Made by a program: the position numbers and the translations under genes
Notes under the pieces: generated by a model
Database searches by the model: none
Told to the model about the DNA's origin: nothing
Seen by the model: only the letters and a program-made list of their open reading frames with translations
In this document: positions 11,686-25,618 of the stretch, in pieces
Layout of the letters: each line of letters starts with the position of its first letter
How positions within the stretch are numbered: the first letter of the stretch is position 1
DNA from: Takakia lepidozioides
Lineage: Eukaryota; Plantae; Bryophyta
Length of the DNA: 64,000 bases
Direction: 5' to 3'
Assembly: GCA_030704615.1 (NCBI GenBank)
Contig: CM060733.1
Coordinates: forward strand, 36,332,001 to 36,396,000

Positions 11686-12202
11686 CAGTGTTGGGCGGAT
11701 ATGGGCCCATCCGGATATTAACCTGAATTTCAGTGGTCTCCGGATCCATATCCGGCCAATTTTTTTTTATATCCGGTGACTAACCATATCCAGCAGGTAT
11801 GAAGAATTCAACATCCAGATTGGATGATATGCGCTGGAGGTATTAGTGGCTAGAACCGGATTCATACCCAGAATCTATGCCACAGGCCGGATATCAACTA
11901 GACAACAGTTTTTTTCATTTTCAATAATTAATTGTCAATAGAATGTATAATTATTTAAACTTATTAATAATAAATAACATTATTATATATCATGTTTCCA
12001 GATTACTCTGTAACCACCAGATATTACAATCTTGATATCCAGACTTATTTATATGCGCAGAATTTGAAAATATATAGATGATGCACATCCAGCGGATATT
12101 GGAAATTTAGATTTGTTTAAAATCCGGACCTTGCGGATGTATTATTTGACACTTTTGACAAGTCGGCGGACATTTAAAAAAGCTAAGAATCGCCCAACAG
12201 TG
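11686..12202. mobile_element. Non-autonomous hAT element (MITE)
   Basis: TIRs CAGTGTTGGGCG / CGCCCAACAGTG, 8-bp TSD CTATGTAC at 11678-11685 and 12203-12210, subterminal CCGGAT motifs. Confidence 0.92.
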
Positions 12203-14762
12203 CTATGTACCAACACATTACATGATTAGAGTATCCCCTAGTACGAGCCGGATTGGTTAGATGCAACAACATGTTAAAAAATTATTTAAAAAAAAAACAT
12301 GTACACCACCAGTCTCTAAATACTGATATCTTCCCTATTGAATGTAAATTAATAGGTAGAGCCCTAGTGAAAATTCAAAGCTAACATAACCTATGTTTTA
12401 AGGAAAGAACATTTTATATCTCGAAATTGAAATATACTATTCCCCTGTTGTGGAGTATTGTATGTGAATAATATCCATAGGACAATCTAGAACCTGCTAT
12501 TATGGAAGTTTTATCATCCGATTCTTTTCTATTTTTAAAGAAAAAAAGGAACAGGGGACTGAGGCCCAGGAAATTTTGAAATTATTAGGGGGGGGAAACT
12601 AAAACCCCCGGGTCCACCATAAGAAATTCTCAATACGAACTACTCCTGTAACTATAGCTACATAGATGAAAACATGTTTTTAATTTTGATTTTGATTCTT
12701 TCAAGAAAAAAACATTAAAATAAAACCCAGAGGGTTTGACTACCATGACTACACCATGCTTTAAAACACTGTCATTTTTATACGGACGGAAGGATGGAGC
12801 GCATCCAGTGCCATTTCAGGACAGAGTACCATGAACTTAATAAAAAAATCTAAGCCCAAAAGACTGTCATGGAAAGAATGATAACAGTAAATTGGAATGT
12901 GTATACCTGGTTTCAAGTCGTCAATTGCACGCACTTGCTTCAATAACCCCAACCAGGGTGAATATCCTACCGTCAGCAATTAACAGCCATTTGTTATTTA
13001 AAATATTTAATGCTTCATTTATTTGAGTAATTTATTTATAGATAAATAAAATCAGTCCAATAGTTTGAGGGGTACCAGTCTCACACCTTGGGTGTGCTCC
13101 GACAATCCTTATTTTCCTTCCATCCGATCCGATCCCTTTCATTATCAAACACGATAACGAAACCTAATTGCGTCCTAGCTGCAAATCTTCCAACCCACCT
13201 CTGTCAAAAAAAAATTCACGAGCATGATTGTGGAATAGAAAAATGCCAAGTTTGACATAGTCATCCAAAGCCTTGAGTGATCTTATCAATTTGCTTATCA
13301 CTCCTATGCTATCCTATTACATGGTCAATCAAATGATCTTGAAATTGAGAATATACCGCCAAAAACACTCGTATCCATTCCGGATGTTGTCTGCGGGTCT
13401 TGAGGGTACGCATTGTATTGCACATAGGTTCTTTGCTACAGCCCAACATAACCCATTTTCAATTATCCACTGATGTGCCAATAGCAAATTAAAACCAAAA
13501 TTTCTGAGGCTATATGTTTTGGATATAACTCTATGAGATTAGTGTCGATAGTATCTTTAGTGAAAACTTCATTAGCAGATGCAATGCAGAATGCAAGAAG
13601 ACGGGAACGCGGACAAGTCTATTTTCCTGGTACTACATAAGTCATATTAAGCGACCTCAAGGTTTTTAGATTAGTTAATCATTCCATTACACATTGTAGT
13701 AACTTACCCTGAAAATTGAAGAGGTAAGGAACACTGGAGGTTGTAGGACCATCGTTGGTGCCATGTCCACCACAGTTGGTAAAATGTAAGACATGCTTTT
13801 AAACTTGAAAGTCAAAGGTCGAAATACTCGTAATGGCTCTGGGCTGTCTCATTCAGGCCAGATTTGGTTACGTTCAAAACTACTACATATATTTAGCAGG
13901 ATCTACTAATCCAACACTTATGGCACAAACTTTAAAGCTGCCCTGGCTGTTTTGTTGCTTTTTTTCCTGCCTTATTTAGAGCCAAGTTTTTTCTCATAAC
14001 AATATATTAAACTAATAGAGCCCACCCCCGTACCCTGCTTGTACTAGGGGAATCGGCTCTATTTAGATAGGCCCTCTCTCTCTCTCTCTCTTCCTCTCTC
14101 CAAAACTACAACTTTAAATACAATATCAAAGATGCATAGGCAACAAATATATATATATATATATATAACAGTGGTTTTTCATCTTTCTAATGACTATATA
14201 TATAGGTATTTTTGAAAAACAAATTGAATGGGACTGACAATTAATTGAAAAAACAAGTCCTTATTGGGTGTGGTAGTTGGACTTCCTCTATAGATGTTGA
14301 TGTTCACCTTTCCAATTTCAGCTTATCGAACTCAGACAAATTGTATCAAGTATACATATTAATGATAGTTCAATTATGCGAGCCTACCAAGTTTATGGAT
14401 TTATCTTGTAATTTTATTGCATAAGTTATGAAATTTAGCAATAAATATGCAATTGTAGTGGTTATTAGGCTATTTTTGTCTACCTCAAATTTCTGTGCTT
14501 AGTAGTACTTCTAGCAACTTATTAAATTTTGATACACTTAAGGGGGGGGGGGGGGGGTTGTGAGAAACAAACAATTTAGATTATTGGGCAACCAAAAAAA
14601 TTATTCTTTGATCCACCACCAATGAAATTGTGTAAATTCTATTCCCCATGTTTTAATAAGATTCTGTTCTATCTAATTCTAGTTCTATGTTACTAATACG
14701 TACTTCTATGATACTAATTTGGACTAAACAAATTTCCAATCAAGCAAAAGCATAGTACTTAC

Positions 14763-17700
14763 AAAGTGCCAGGAAATTCCCAAATTGGTCCAACATAATG
14801 TATAGTTCGTGGAGCCTGCACTTTTCTGAAGCCATGAACAATGGCATCTTTATGTACCTGTTCTGATATATAAATTTATTTTAGTAAACTATCACTTTCT
14901 ATAGATATACTATGGGATTAGTATTTTATTGGTTAAAAATATAAGACAATTAAGTCATTACCTCTAAAAAAATTGCGTGGTGGAGCTTCTCAGTAAAAAG
15001 TGTTGTTGTATGGCCATTGTCAAATAAAACATGTGATCCATGCACATTCTTATAAATTATTTTCTTTCCGTACGAAACACTGATTACATCCGTCTCATAT
15101 GCATATGGATGTCTATAATCATGCCACATAATGCATGATTGTATGTGTTCTCAAAAGATTGTGAATAAAAAGAGGGAATGAACCTTAATCAACCATATGC
15201 AAGCTATAAACTTCACACCGTAAATTTGTGCATAATTGTTTGATGATTTTTTTCTAGAGTGACCTTAAACATCCACTTTCTGCTATACAATTAATGTATC
15301 TACGAATTTGTTTCAATATTACAAGGCCAATGAATTTTCATATGGTACAAGTTTAAGTAGCGGCGCGACATGCTATCCCTTCTGCGCACTTGCAATCTCA
15401 TTACGACGAAGCTATAAAAAATTCAGAGGCGCCCCCCAACAACTGGATTGGTAAGTCTCATGCGCACTTGAAACTCCTTGGATATGCATAGGGTGCTCCC
15501 ATGAGAAGTATGTATACAAATTGACAATTAGTAACTTACATAGTTCGGTGGAATTCAACCATCGGAGTCCAATTCATTCCTTGATATGGAATACCATCAT
15601 AATCTCCCAAGAGCAAGTATCCTGCCATAGTTTCGTCAAAGGGCTCTCCAGTATTTCCAAATTCAATTGAAGATAAACATTGACCTATCACATTCTTACT
15701 GATGATGCCTTGTGCTTTCAAGGTGTAAGAAAATCCGAGATCATGCCTACTGAAGCCTATCATTCCATCCAATTCAATAGGATCTCCAGTAGAATACTCC
15801 GTACCTATTTGGTAGTATGAGCACCTATATAAAAATGCTTATAAGAACATGGCTAAGACTTTCTATGATGTGTATTACATAAATATTTGAAATACATTCA
15901 CAAACAATTCATCTGAAAAGTTGTCTATGTGAATATAACAAAATTTGAGCTGAAAACAAATGTGATTTTATGAGAGCAAAATAAAATATACACACCCAAT
16001 TGGTATGATTGCAGATGATGTGGATTTATCGGAAAAGAGTATATGGAATATTTCATCAATTAGAACAGCCTCAATAACCGTGCCATCAATATAAATCATT
16101 GCATAGTGACAATCCTTATTTATCGAAAATTTGGTATGAAATTGGTAGTCAGAAAAATGACTTTGAAGAATATTGCACCGTCTATCTTGAACATTCACTG
16201 AATTTTCCTTCGAGGCAATATAAACCTTGTTTGTCCCCTAGATACAAAAACATATGCATGTATCCATAATTAATTAATTAAATTTAAAAATAATCTGATC
16301 AATATGAACAAATGTAATGAGAAATTTATTTATTAAATAAAACCAATGAATTTAGCATATCTTTATGCAATGGCATTAGATCAGTTCATTGTACGTACGA
16401 AAATGTTTTGAAATCACAAAGCATGTAGGTCACAAAACTTGAAGTATATGTTCCATAGCATGTAACATTTAGAGAAAACAAACCTCGTGACCTCTTTCAC
16501 CTTCCCAATCACAAAGCAACCAATTGTTATAACTGCCGGTATCCACACCAAGTGAGTACATTTGTGCAGCATTTCCCACTTGAACTTTGATGTAATAGAG
16601 TCTGATTCATACAATCCATAGATTCATGACTCTTGATACATTTCATTTTTTGAATATGTACAATTTGGATGCATGTCAAACTTGATTTTTAATATGAAGA
16701 GTAGATAGTAATATATGGTTGTTTGTTAAAATGATTAGACCTAAAGAGCATAACATACGTTCTCTAAGGCAAAGAAAAACCATCATGAAGCATCCAAACC
16801 TAGGTGAAATTAAGGATATTGTTATTTGTCCAAGAGCAGGTCCATGTGATGTGATCTTTTGACTGTTGGTCCAAAATAATCATAATGAACATGCTTATAT
16901 TTTAAAAATTAGAAAAAATCCATACATGAAAGAAAAAATATATATTGCATGACATAAATGACGATGCTAAAATATGTCAAGATGAAGATCTACATTGAAT
17001 TGATTAAATGCCATATATATATATATATATCTCTCTCTCAACCATTGTATATGGCTTGTCCGAGATGAGGAGGAGGCGTGAGTGTGCTATACGCCCAACA
17101 TAGAGTAGCGTTCTCAGCATGGTGCAAGGTCTAATTGACTCCATCAGCATGGTCATATTGACAATTATGGATCTAATGCCCCAACCCACCACGCTAGCCT
17201 AGATGGAGACAAAGTGATTGCCTTGATGGTTTGTCCAGGGTGCCTTGGATGCAAAGGCCCAAGTGCGCTCTAGTGTTTTCACACTCTAGTGTTTTCTTCA
17301 ACTCTAGGACCCAGCAGGAGCCCAATGTAGAGCAAGTCCTCAATTAACGCAGTTTAACGCAAACCAAAATATTTGTCAAAATGGTCATCCCATCAGTGAG
17401 TAATTTCTTGATGTTCCAGCACATTAGCTTAGCTTAGAGAAAGGCAAGGAAGATGATTGTTTTGATTGTTTGTCCAAAAAAACTTGGTAATACATGCTCT
17501 ACCCAGCGTACAATAGAGTAGGGCACTAGTCGTGGGATATGAGCACAAATGAAATGGGCATTGTCACTATGGAATATCATGGTCAATCGTATTTCAATTC
17601 TGGAAAAAATATTTTGGCTCATATCTCATAATGAATGTATTCAAATTATTGAGGATTTTCTCTTCCATAATATATATATTTTTACTAGATATTTCATGCT

Positions 17701-18272
17701 TCTTGAATCGAGAATTTTTTAAAGTGTTTAATCTGCTAATGTACATATTTGAGCCTTGAATTTGAAAGACTAATTTGAAGAAAATCATGTCTACAATAAA
17801 TATAATATTACTTATCTCAACATTATCTCAAAGTCATTAAATGACACACATATCATGTACGAATTTTTACGAAATAATTTTTATACAAACTTGGATATTT
17901 TTAAAACTTTTTTGTAATAATTAAATAAAAACAGATTCCGGCTTGGTAATAACTAGATGATAAAGTAATAATTTGATTTTAAAAGCCGATAAAAATGTTT
18001 GGGAGAGCTTACTTTGCCAAGTGAAAGTAACCTTGAAGATCCCAAAGAGGATACCCCTCATGTTCATGCAACATCCTTGTTGGATGTGCTGTATCCATTG
18101 TAATATTCTGGACTTGACTAAGAATTTTGATAGTATCCATGGGATCATGTGTAGAGTTGATCATGTACAACTTGAATCCAAGTTGAGCTTGGCGTTTATG
18201 TGGAGCTCTGTATAACGGGTGTAGAGACATCTTGAGGAACATCAACAATCCAAACGAGAAAATTATCAACAT
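14763..18272 (-). CDS. A1 (pepsin-like, nucellin/APCB-type) aspartic protease; 3' exons not located
   Basis: Phase-consistent GT-AG exons at 18272-18013, 16601-16484 (LYYIKVQVG...GVDTGS), 16237-15996, 15824-15540 (GC...DGMIGFS...NVIGQCL...GYLLLGD), 15112-14962 (VLFDNG) and 14857-14763. Confidence 0.8.
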
Positions 18273-20919
18273 TATAATGCCCAACTTGTATATTTTGAGG
18301 CGAGCCGAGATTCTTTCGTAGGAGGATGATGGCCGGCTTGTTGAATGTTGGTCCTTCAATTAAAAATAGTATTTAAATGATTATATTAAAAAATCTATGC
18401 AAGATCAACCTAGTAGAATTGATAAACCCTAATAGAAAATTTCCTTTTATAACTAAGTACATCTTGATTTTATATTATTAGTCAGTTTGTGTAGAGTCTT
18501 GATTGTGGCCGCTATTATTCATCAACAATAACCTAACATGAAACAACAACGTTGTGTACATGTTTAATACATATGTATAATTTTTGGAGTATGCATCTTG
18601 CAAAATTTATGATTAATTTCTTAAAACATAAGCCCATAGTAACAATTTTTTTTAAATGATTGTTCATAACAAAAGGTAATGATTTGAGGCTCGTTTTCAG
18701 ATTAATATTGACTATTAATCAAGCTCTTTGTTTGTGTGATTTCCAGGGCTACACCCCCTATTTCCCAAAAAATAAAATAACAATAACAATAATTATCAGT
18801 TCATTTCATTTGAATCTATAGATGGTCTTAAAATTACTCCAAATACTAAAATGCTAGGAAGTTTTATTTGGAAGTTATTATAGTACTGTCACTCATGATC
18901 TAAATATCGACTAATGATCTAGTGAGCTTGGAACAATAAGTTTTGGAACCTTTGAAAATCGGAAGGATAAAAATGATCTACAAAGAGAGGTTGTTGTGTG
19001 AGTTTGCTATGTACAAAGCTTGTTATAACTCAAAGTCTTTTGAATATATGATTTTCTTGCAAACATTCACCCTAAGACTTTCTTAACACATATGTACTCA
19101 AACATGTCCAAACCGTAATTGGCATGCCAACAACCTAAATCGAGTCATTGGCCTCCATTGACACAAATGTATGTGACTACACTCATCATGAAGTTCATAG
19201 ATTTGATTGATTCTAAAGTTGACCTTCCAACAGTCGTCAGCATAGAAAAGCCAATCTACATGAATGGAGGCGGCCAGAAACCACTCTTAAATTTGGCCCA
19301 AAACATGAGTGTAAGAGCAACTGACATTATGCAAAAAAAAAATTATAAAGAAATCTTCAAGAAATCATCTTCTAACACCAATGATTGATGTTGCGAAATC
19401 TTTAAGAAATCATCTTCTAACTCCAATGATTTTTGTGATTTCACGGCTTCATTTCTATAATGTCCAATTTTCTATGTGTACTTGGGTAGGGATTTATAAC
19501 CTCAAAAAGTAGGTGAGGATCTGAACAAAAAAATTCAAGGACAGTTAAAATTAAACAGAGGTAGATCAAGATTTTACTCACTTGATCTTGCCCAAAAAGT
19601 CCATATGTTCTTCTAATGCACGTGTTCACGTAGCTAGCCCGCCTCATCACCAAAAGATCAGGTCAAATATATTGTTTCAACTCATTTGGGAGAACTTGGT
19701 GCCCTTGAATAAGAGGATGACACTAAATTAATTTTCACAGGAATTGTTTCATCATGCCATCATGACCTTGACTTGGAATGGAATTCGAAGATGGTGTGGT
19801 GTAGTAGCCCTTATACCTTCTTCAGCCGAACTTCCATGAGTGCAAGCACACATAAAGACACTTGAGGTTTTCCCTGCGCCAATACTCTGGTTACAAATGT
19901 TTGGATGCTACTTTCTACAAATTTGAAGAGGTGTCCAACCTTGCCCAACATGATTCCAATATAGAGAAATAAGTAAAAGATTCCAAGACATGGAATGTGG
20001 TATATTATATATTAAAAATAAAATGAAAACACAACAATGTTGCATTTGTTCATCTTGGTTGGGAAGTGAGAGAGACAACCCCTGAAGCCCATCTACTTTC
20101 CCTTTTAGATGACAAATTACACCAGCTAGTATATTGATATTTTAGGTGTTAATGTACAGAGATGGCTATGTACTATTTTCTTACGCCGTATTATATATGG
20201 ATGAATGTCCTGAAATTAGTTGACTACGCCATTGGATTTTAGATAGGATTAAAGAAATTTAAAGAGAAAATGTCTATTGGTGCTTCATTTTCCAATTTTG
20301 GGCTTTGGCCAGAAGCAGTCATTCACTGGTTTCTTCGACATTATGTTTTTTGGTTTATCCCGCATTTGGTGTGTAGTCAAGCCTTACGGCATTGACGGGT
20401 TTATTTATTTTTCCCCTTGAATAAGTCCAATAATGCTAACATACTTCCTTGGCTTCTTTTCAATAATAATAATTGAAGGCCAAAACCCAACATAACTGAA
20501 AAGAAAGGGGAAAAACTTAAAGTCCTCGAAGGCATATGGCTCAAACACATTGAATGTTGTATGAGGGGCGCACCTCACGAAACAAAAACAACCAAAAGCC
20601 TAAGCATACATGAAAACCGCAAAAAAAGGTGCACAGCTCATTCGCAAAGTAGAGATGAATTTGAGCAGAGCTCTGTAGAATTTGCTGTTAGTTGATGGAC
20701 CACATTCAAATTAAAGCGATGAATTATGAGGCTTATCATTATTTAATAATAGCGAGTTCAATGCGGGCACGTGTGGTGGGCCCGCATGTGGGAGAGGGGG
20801 TCGCGACGGGTGGGGCGCCTCGTACCCGGCGGGGTCAGTCTGCCCGGGTGAGCCGCCCCGGGGCGCGCGCAGGGGAAGCGAGAGGGGGGAGCAAGTCTGT
20901 TGGGCCTCGATGCACGCAC

Positions 20920-21100
20920 TTTTGACATACATTTCCACCAGGGCAGTGTTCAGAATGACATCTGGTACAATTCCAGCTTTGACGATGTCAGCATGGACCT
21001 CTTTCCCCTTTTCCAGAGCTCCTAGGCTTGCACACGCATTGCAAACACAAACAAATGTGATGTGGTTGGGCTTCACCCCTTTGCGCAGCATTTGCTCATA
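20920..21100 (-). pseudogene. PLS-class pentatricopeptide repeat fragment
   Basis: EQMLRKGVKPNHITFVCVCNACASLGALEKGKEVHADIVKAGIVPDVILNTALVEMYVK, a P-L-S motif run. Confidence 0.9.
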
Positions 21101-24100
21101 GGTAGCCAGTTACAACAATTAGTGGAGCCCAATGCTGACGAGCTCGAGCGGGCAATGGGTTTTACCACTGGTACCACGGCGGTGCCATCTCTTTCTGAGG
21201 CATCACGTCGTCAAGTGTTGGGGCAAGCAATGGATCTCAATTGCTTGACCTAGATTATCAGCTTGGCTATGGCCGAGCAGCGCAGAGTACGGAGTACACC
21301 CTTCATGGTCTCCCTGCCTACCGAGACGGTACAGGCAGCGAGTGGGGGCGAGCAGGTGAGGACCACGAGGTGCAGGCCGCATCCATGGCACACGTGGGAG
21401 GTGCTCGAGGTTCAGAAGGAGTTGGCAGCCAAGGCGGCGGTGATGGATCAGGTTGGGGATTTTTCTCGGATTGAGGAGGTCCTCAAGAATGGGATGATGG
21501 GGCAGGATGAGACATTGTCATTGACAGAGGAGGCAGTGGTCACTGCTCAAGAGGTTGCAGCATAACAACCACAAGACGCGTCTTCTACCTCTAAGCCTGC
21601 TGGACTCAAGGTTGCAGTCACGGAGGACAACTGGGAGCCTGATGTTGGACCTATAGTCACCAGAGGAGAGAGACGACATATACGGCGGTTCTTGAGGGCT
21701 TACAAGAACTGCTTTGCCTTCAGTTTGAAGGACTTAGAAGCACTGAAGGGTCAAGAGATTCACATTGAATTGGCTACTGACACGCCAATCTTCCGGAGAC
21801 CCTATAGATACAGTGACATGGAGAGGTCCTTGATTCAGATGAGAACTCAGGACCTTTGGGAGGCTGGTTTGGTGGAGCTATCTGGGGGAGAGTATGCTTC
21901 AGCCACAGTGATGCCAGCCAAGAAGGATGTCTATGGCAATTGGACGGAGAGACGTATGTGCGGTGATTACCGGCCTGTAAATCGTCAGACCAAGTCCGAT
22001 AGGTATGCTATGCGGACACCAGAGGAGATCTTTGATGCCATTGGGCATGCCAAGGTCTTTAGCACTTTGGATTTACGATCCGGATATCACCAGTTGCCGA
22101 TCAAGGAGGCGGATAAGCAGAAGACGGCATTCTGGGGGATCAATGAGCACTGGAAGGATTGCCTATACCAGTGGCGGTTCTGACCATTTGGGCTTAAAAA
22201 CGCTCCTGCAGAGTTTCAAAGAGTCATGGACAGGATTCTAGCAGGGGTGGAGTTTGCTCGGTGCTACATAGATGACATCATCATCTTTAGTGCTACGGTG
22301 GAGGAGCATGAGAGACACCTTCAGGGGGTATTTGAGCGCTTGAGGGCGCACGGATTGAAGTTACATCCGGGAAAGTGCAAGTTTTTCCACAACCAGATTG
22401 AGTATCTGGGTCACATGATATATCCTGGAGGATTGGGGGTACAGCAGACTAAGGTAGAGTCCATTGCATAGATTCCACGCCCCACGGTTGTGAGCCGAGT
22501 TTGAGCTTTCATGGGGTTAACAAACTATTATAGACGGTATGTTAAGGGATTTAGTGCCATTGCAAAGGCTCTAACCAAACTGACCAAGGTGGACCAGGAG
22601 CGGCAGTGGGAAGACGAGCAAGAACAAGCTTTTCAAGAGCTCAAGGCAAGGTTGACCTCGGCGCCCATCTTGAGACGACCTATCAGGGGGCGTCCTTTTC
22701 AGCTGCATACAGATTGGAGCATGCTGGGGCTTGGAGCGGTGCTCACACAGGTGGATGATGAGGGAAGAGAGTTCGTAGTGGCTTATGCTAGCCGCTCGAA
22801 CAACGCTGCAGAGTCTAAGTATAGCTCATATGAGGGAGAATGCTTAGCTGCAGTGTGGGCCGTGGCACACTTTAGGTGCTATCTATACGGCAATCTCTTC
22901 ACCCTTGTCACGGATCACCAACCACTCAAGTGGTTGATGGAGTCGGACAAGCTTACGGGGAAGCTTGCACGGTGGGCACTCATCCTTCAAGAGTATGACT
23001 TTCAGGTGGTGCATCGACCGGGTTTGGTCAATCGGGATGCAGATGGGTTGAGTCGCAATCCATGCACGAGCTAGCAGGATGACACTGGAGCTCGATGGCA
23101 TGGTGAGACGGACGAGGAGATGGTGCCCGGATGGCATGCATCTGCATTTCTGTGTATCTTGGCAGCGGAAGGCCAAGTTGGACCTGCAACAGGGATGACT
23201 GTAGATCAAGTGTCTGAGGACCCTGAGGCCAACAATGAGTAGGGTGGCGCCAAAGATATACATGAGGATTCAGCTGTGTTGGACTATCTCCGCACTGGAG
23301 ACACGGCAGCCACTGTGACTGCCAAGGAGAGGGATCGGATCCTACAACAAGCCAAGAGGTTCAAGTGGGAGGGGACACACCTGCTCCGAGTGTGGGAGGT
23401 TGGTCGAGTGAGGATTGTGCCTCACCCAACACAGCGGGCACGGTTAGTGTGGCATGCCCATGAGGAGTTGGGGCATTTTGGGGTGCGACGCACTCATAGT
23501 CTATTGCAGGGGTAGTATTGGTGGCGTGGTATGCACACAGAGGTGCAACAATTTGTGGCTAGGTGCATGGTGTGTGACAGGGTGCGTGCTTCATTCAACG
23601 CTCCTACTCCATAATTGCACCCTCTTCCGATCATGGGATTGGGCTACATGTGGAGTCTTGACTTCGCAGGGCCGTTGCCACTGACCATGCATCACAACAA
23701 GTACGTTTTGGTGATGGTGGAGCACTTCTCCAAGTGGATCGAGTTGGTCCCATTGCCTGATAAGGCTAGTGAGGGAGCTGCGTATGCGTTCTTGGATTGT
23801 GTACTTAGCCGCTTCGGTGCTCCAGCTGAGGTACTCACGGACCAAGGGAGAGAGTTCTTGGGGGAGTTTCAGGCTTTGTGTGACAAGGCCTTGATAGACC
23901 ACCGTACCACTTCTCGAGATCATCCTGAGGCTGATGGCTTGGCAGAGAGAGTTGTTCAGATAGTAAAGAGGGGTTTGCGCAAGTATGGCTTGTAGAAGGG
24001 ACACCTAGGAGATTGGGACCTTCAATTACCCTGGTTAGCCATGGGCTACAGGTTCAGCAAGCAAGCATCACTTGCCTCCTTCTCACCATACTTTCTTCTC

Positions 24101-25045
24101 TTTGGCCGAGAGCCGGATTTGCCTAGATGCATTCGTAGAGAAGCTGCTACAGTTCTTAACCTCGACGATCCGGACGTGTGGGCACGTGCATGTGATCAGC
24201 GTGCATAGTTATTCAAGAAAGTCATGCCCATGGCTTTCGAGAACCTTGCCATTGCACAACATCATGATACGTTGAGGTATGCTACCATACGTGGTGGAGG
24301 CTATCGTCCTGGGGTTCGGAGATTCAACCCTGGTGACTATGTCTATCTGCAGCAGACTGCTCCTACGACCTTGGATGTGACTGCAAGACGTGTTATTTTG
24401 AGGGTTCGAGAGGTCTTGCCCTCAGGCGTCTTGATCTTGGAGGGTCGGGATGGCATAACTTGGAAGGACCATGTGCGTAATTGTGCGCCATGTCATCTTC
24501 CGAATGTCGATGGCATGATTGACCCAAACCTGACAGTGGTATCTGCAAGTTTGAGGTGCATGTTGTGTGGGTCTGCTAGAGGGGCAGCCACCATGCTAGT
24601 GTGTGATCGATGCTCTAGAGATTGGCATATGGGATGCTTGACTCCACCTCTTGAGATGGTTCCGGATGGGGATTGGTTATGTCCACATTGCATTGGATAG
24701 TGGGAGTGGATACAACCATGGAAGGCTAACAAGAAACGCAAGGCCAAGCTACTAGGAGACCTTGAACACACGAGATCCTGGCTCAAGTTCACGGATTGCA
24801 AGACGGCGACTAACAATGGGGCTACTCTTGTACCCGGCCTCTTGGTCTATAGAGTTTGAGTACAATAGGGACAGTGATAGGGGACTTAGTACGGCTGTGG
24901 CTATTACATCTTGTAGCTATCTGGAGTTAGAGGGACCTATCCACCAGCTAGGGGGGCGATTGTGGTAGACTACTTTATTGTGCATATATGTGTGGTGTAG
25001 TTTGGACAACGATGTAGTTGTGTAGCGATACGTATACGCACGAAA
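21101..25045 (+). mobile_element. DNMT/PHD Gypsy copy 2, 5'-truncated inside DNMT, ending PPT + single B repeat (24961-25045)
   Basis: DNMT tail, RT, RNase H, integrase and PHD with many stops. The B repeat ends ...CACGAAA and no A follows. Confidence 0.93.
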
Positions 25046-25536
25046 GCCGCAATATGCTGAAGTGAGGATGTCAAGTTTGCCTGCATAAGAGCCTGAAAAT
25101 GGTCGGTCACTTGGCTGGTGATTTGCGTGGGTGCAAGGAAATGGGTGGGCTGAGCTACCAGGTACACCATCCATGGTTTTTCAATGGAGTTGGGCCTAAG
25201 GCCGGGAGCATTTCGGCATGAGCTGATGGGCTGGTTGAACACCAAGCCTGTGGCAAGGAAGGAGGTGCTGGATTTTTGTTTTTAGATTTAAGAGAGCTGA
25301 TATGCTTGGGCAGATTCAGTAAGCTGGCGGTTAGGCCTGCCATGAAGCAGTGCATTTGCTGGGTCTGTTTGAGCCTAAGTTTAAGCCCAACTGTGACATC
25401 AGGTTTTAACCATCAACAACTTGAATGTGGGAGAACGTGTTCAATTAACTGGCTGGCTGAAATGTGATTTTTAAGCATGATGACCGCATGGGAGAAGGCA
25501 TCAAAACAATAGGGCTGGAGCAACTGATTACATGGC

Positions 25537-25618
25537 TGATTGCGCATCTGTTGCAAATCACACCAGCTGTCGAACTCCTGGATAAAGTCATCCAGCTCGA
25601 TTGTGCCCACAGCTCCAG
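25537..25618 (-). repeat. Short antisense fragment of DNMT-Gypsy gag
   Basis: Encodes GAVGTIELDDFIQEFDSWCDLQQMRN, matching 34447-34527. Confidence 0.9.

Noticed and set aside
14073-14557. (CT)n, (TA)n and poly-G tracts
   Set aside because: Ordinary simple repeats.
16757-16895. Extra exon of the aspartic protease
   Set aside because: Stops occur in the required phase; the exon ending at 18013 joins 16601 in frame without it.
25069-25415. Diverged A repeat after copy 2 (TGTCAAGTT...CCATCA)
   Set aside because: Only 9 terminal bases match; no internal similarity or self-priming site was found.
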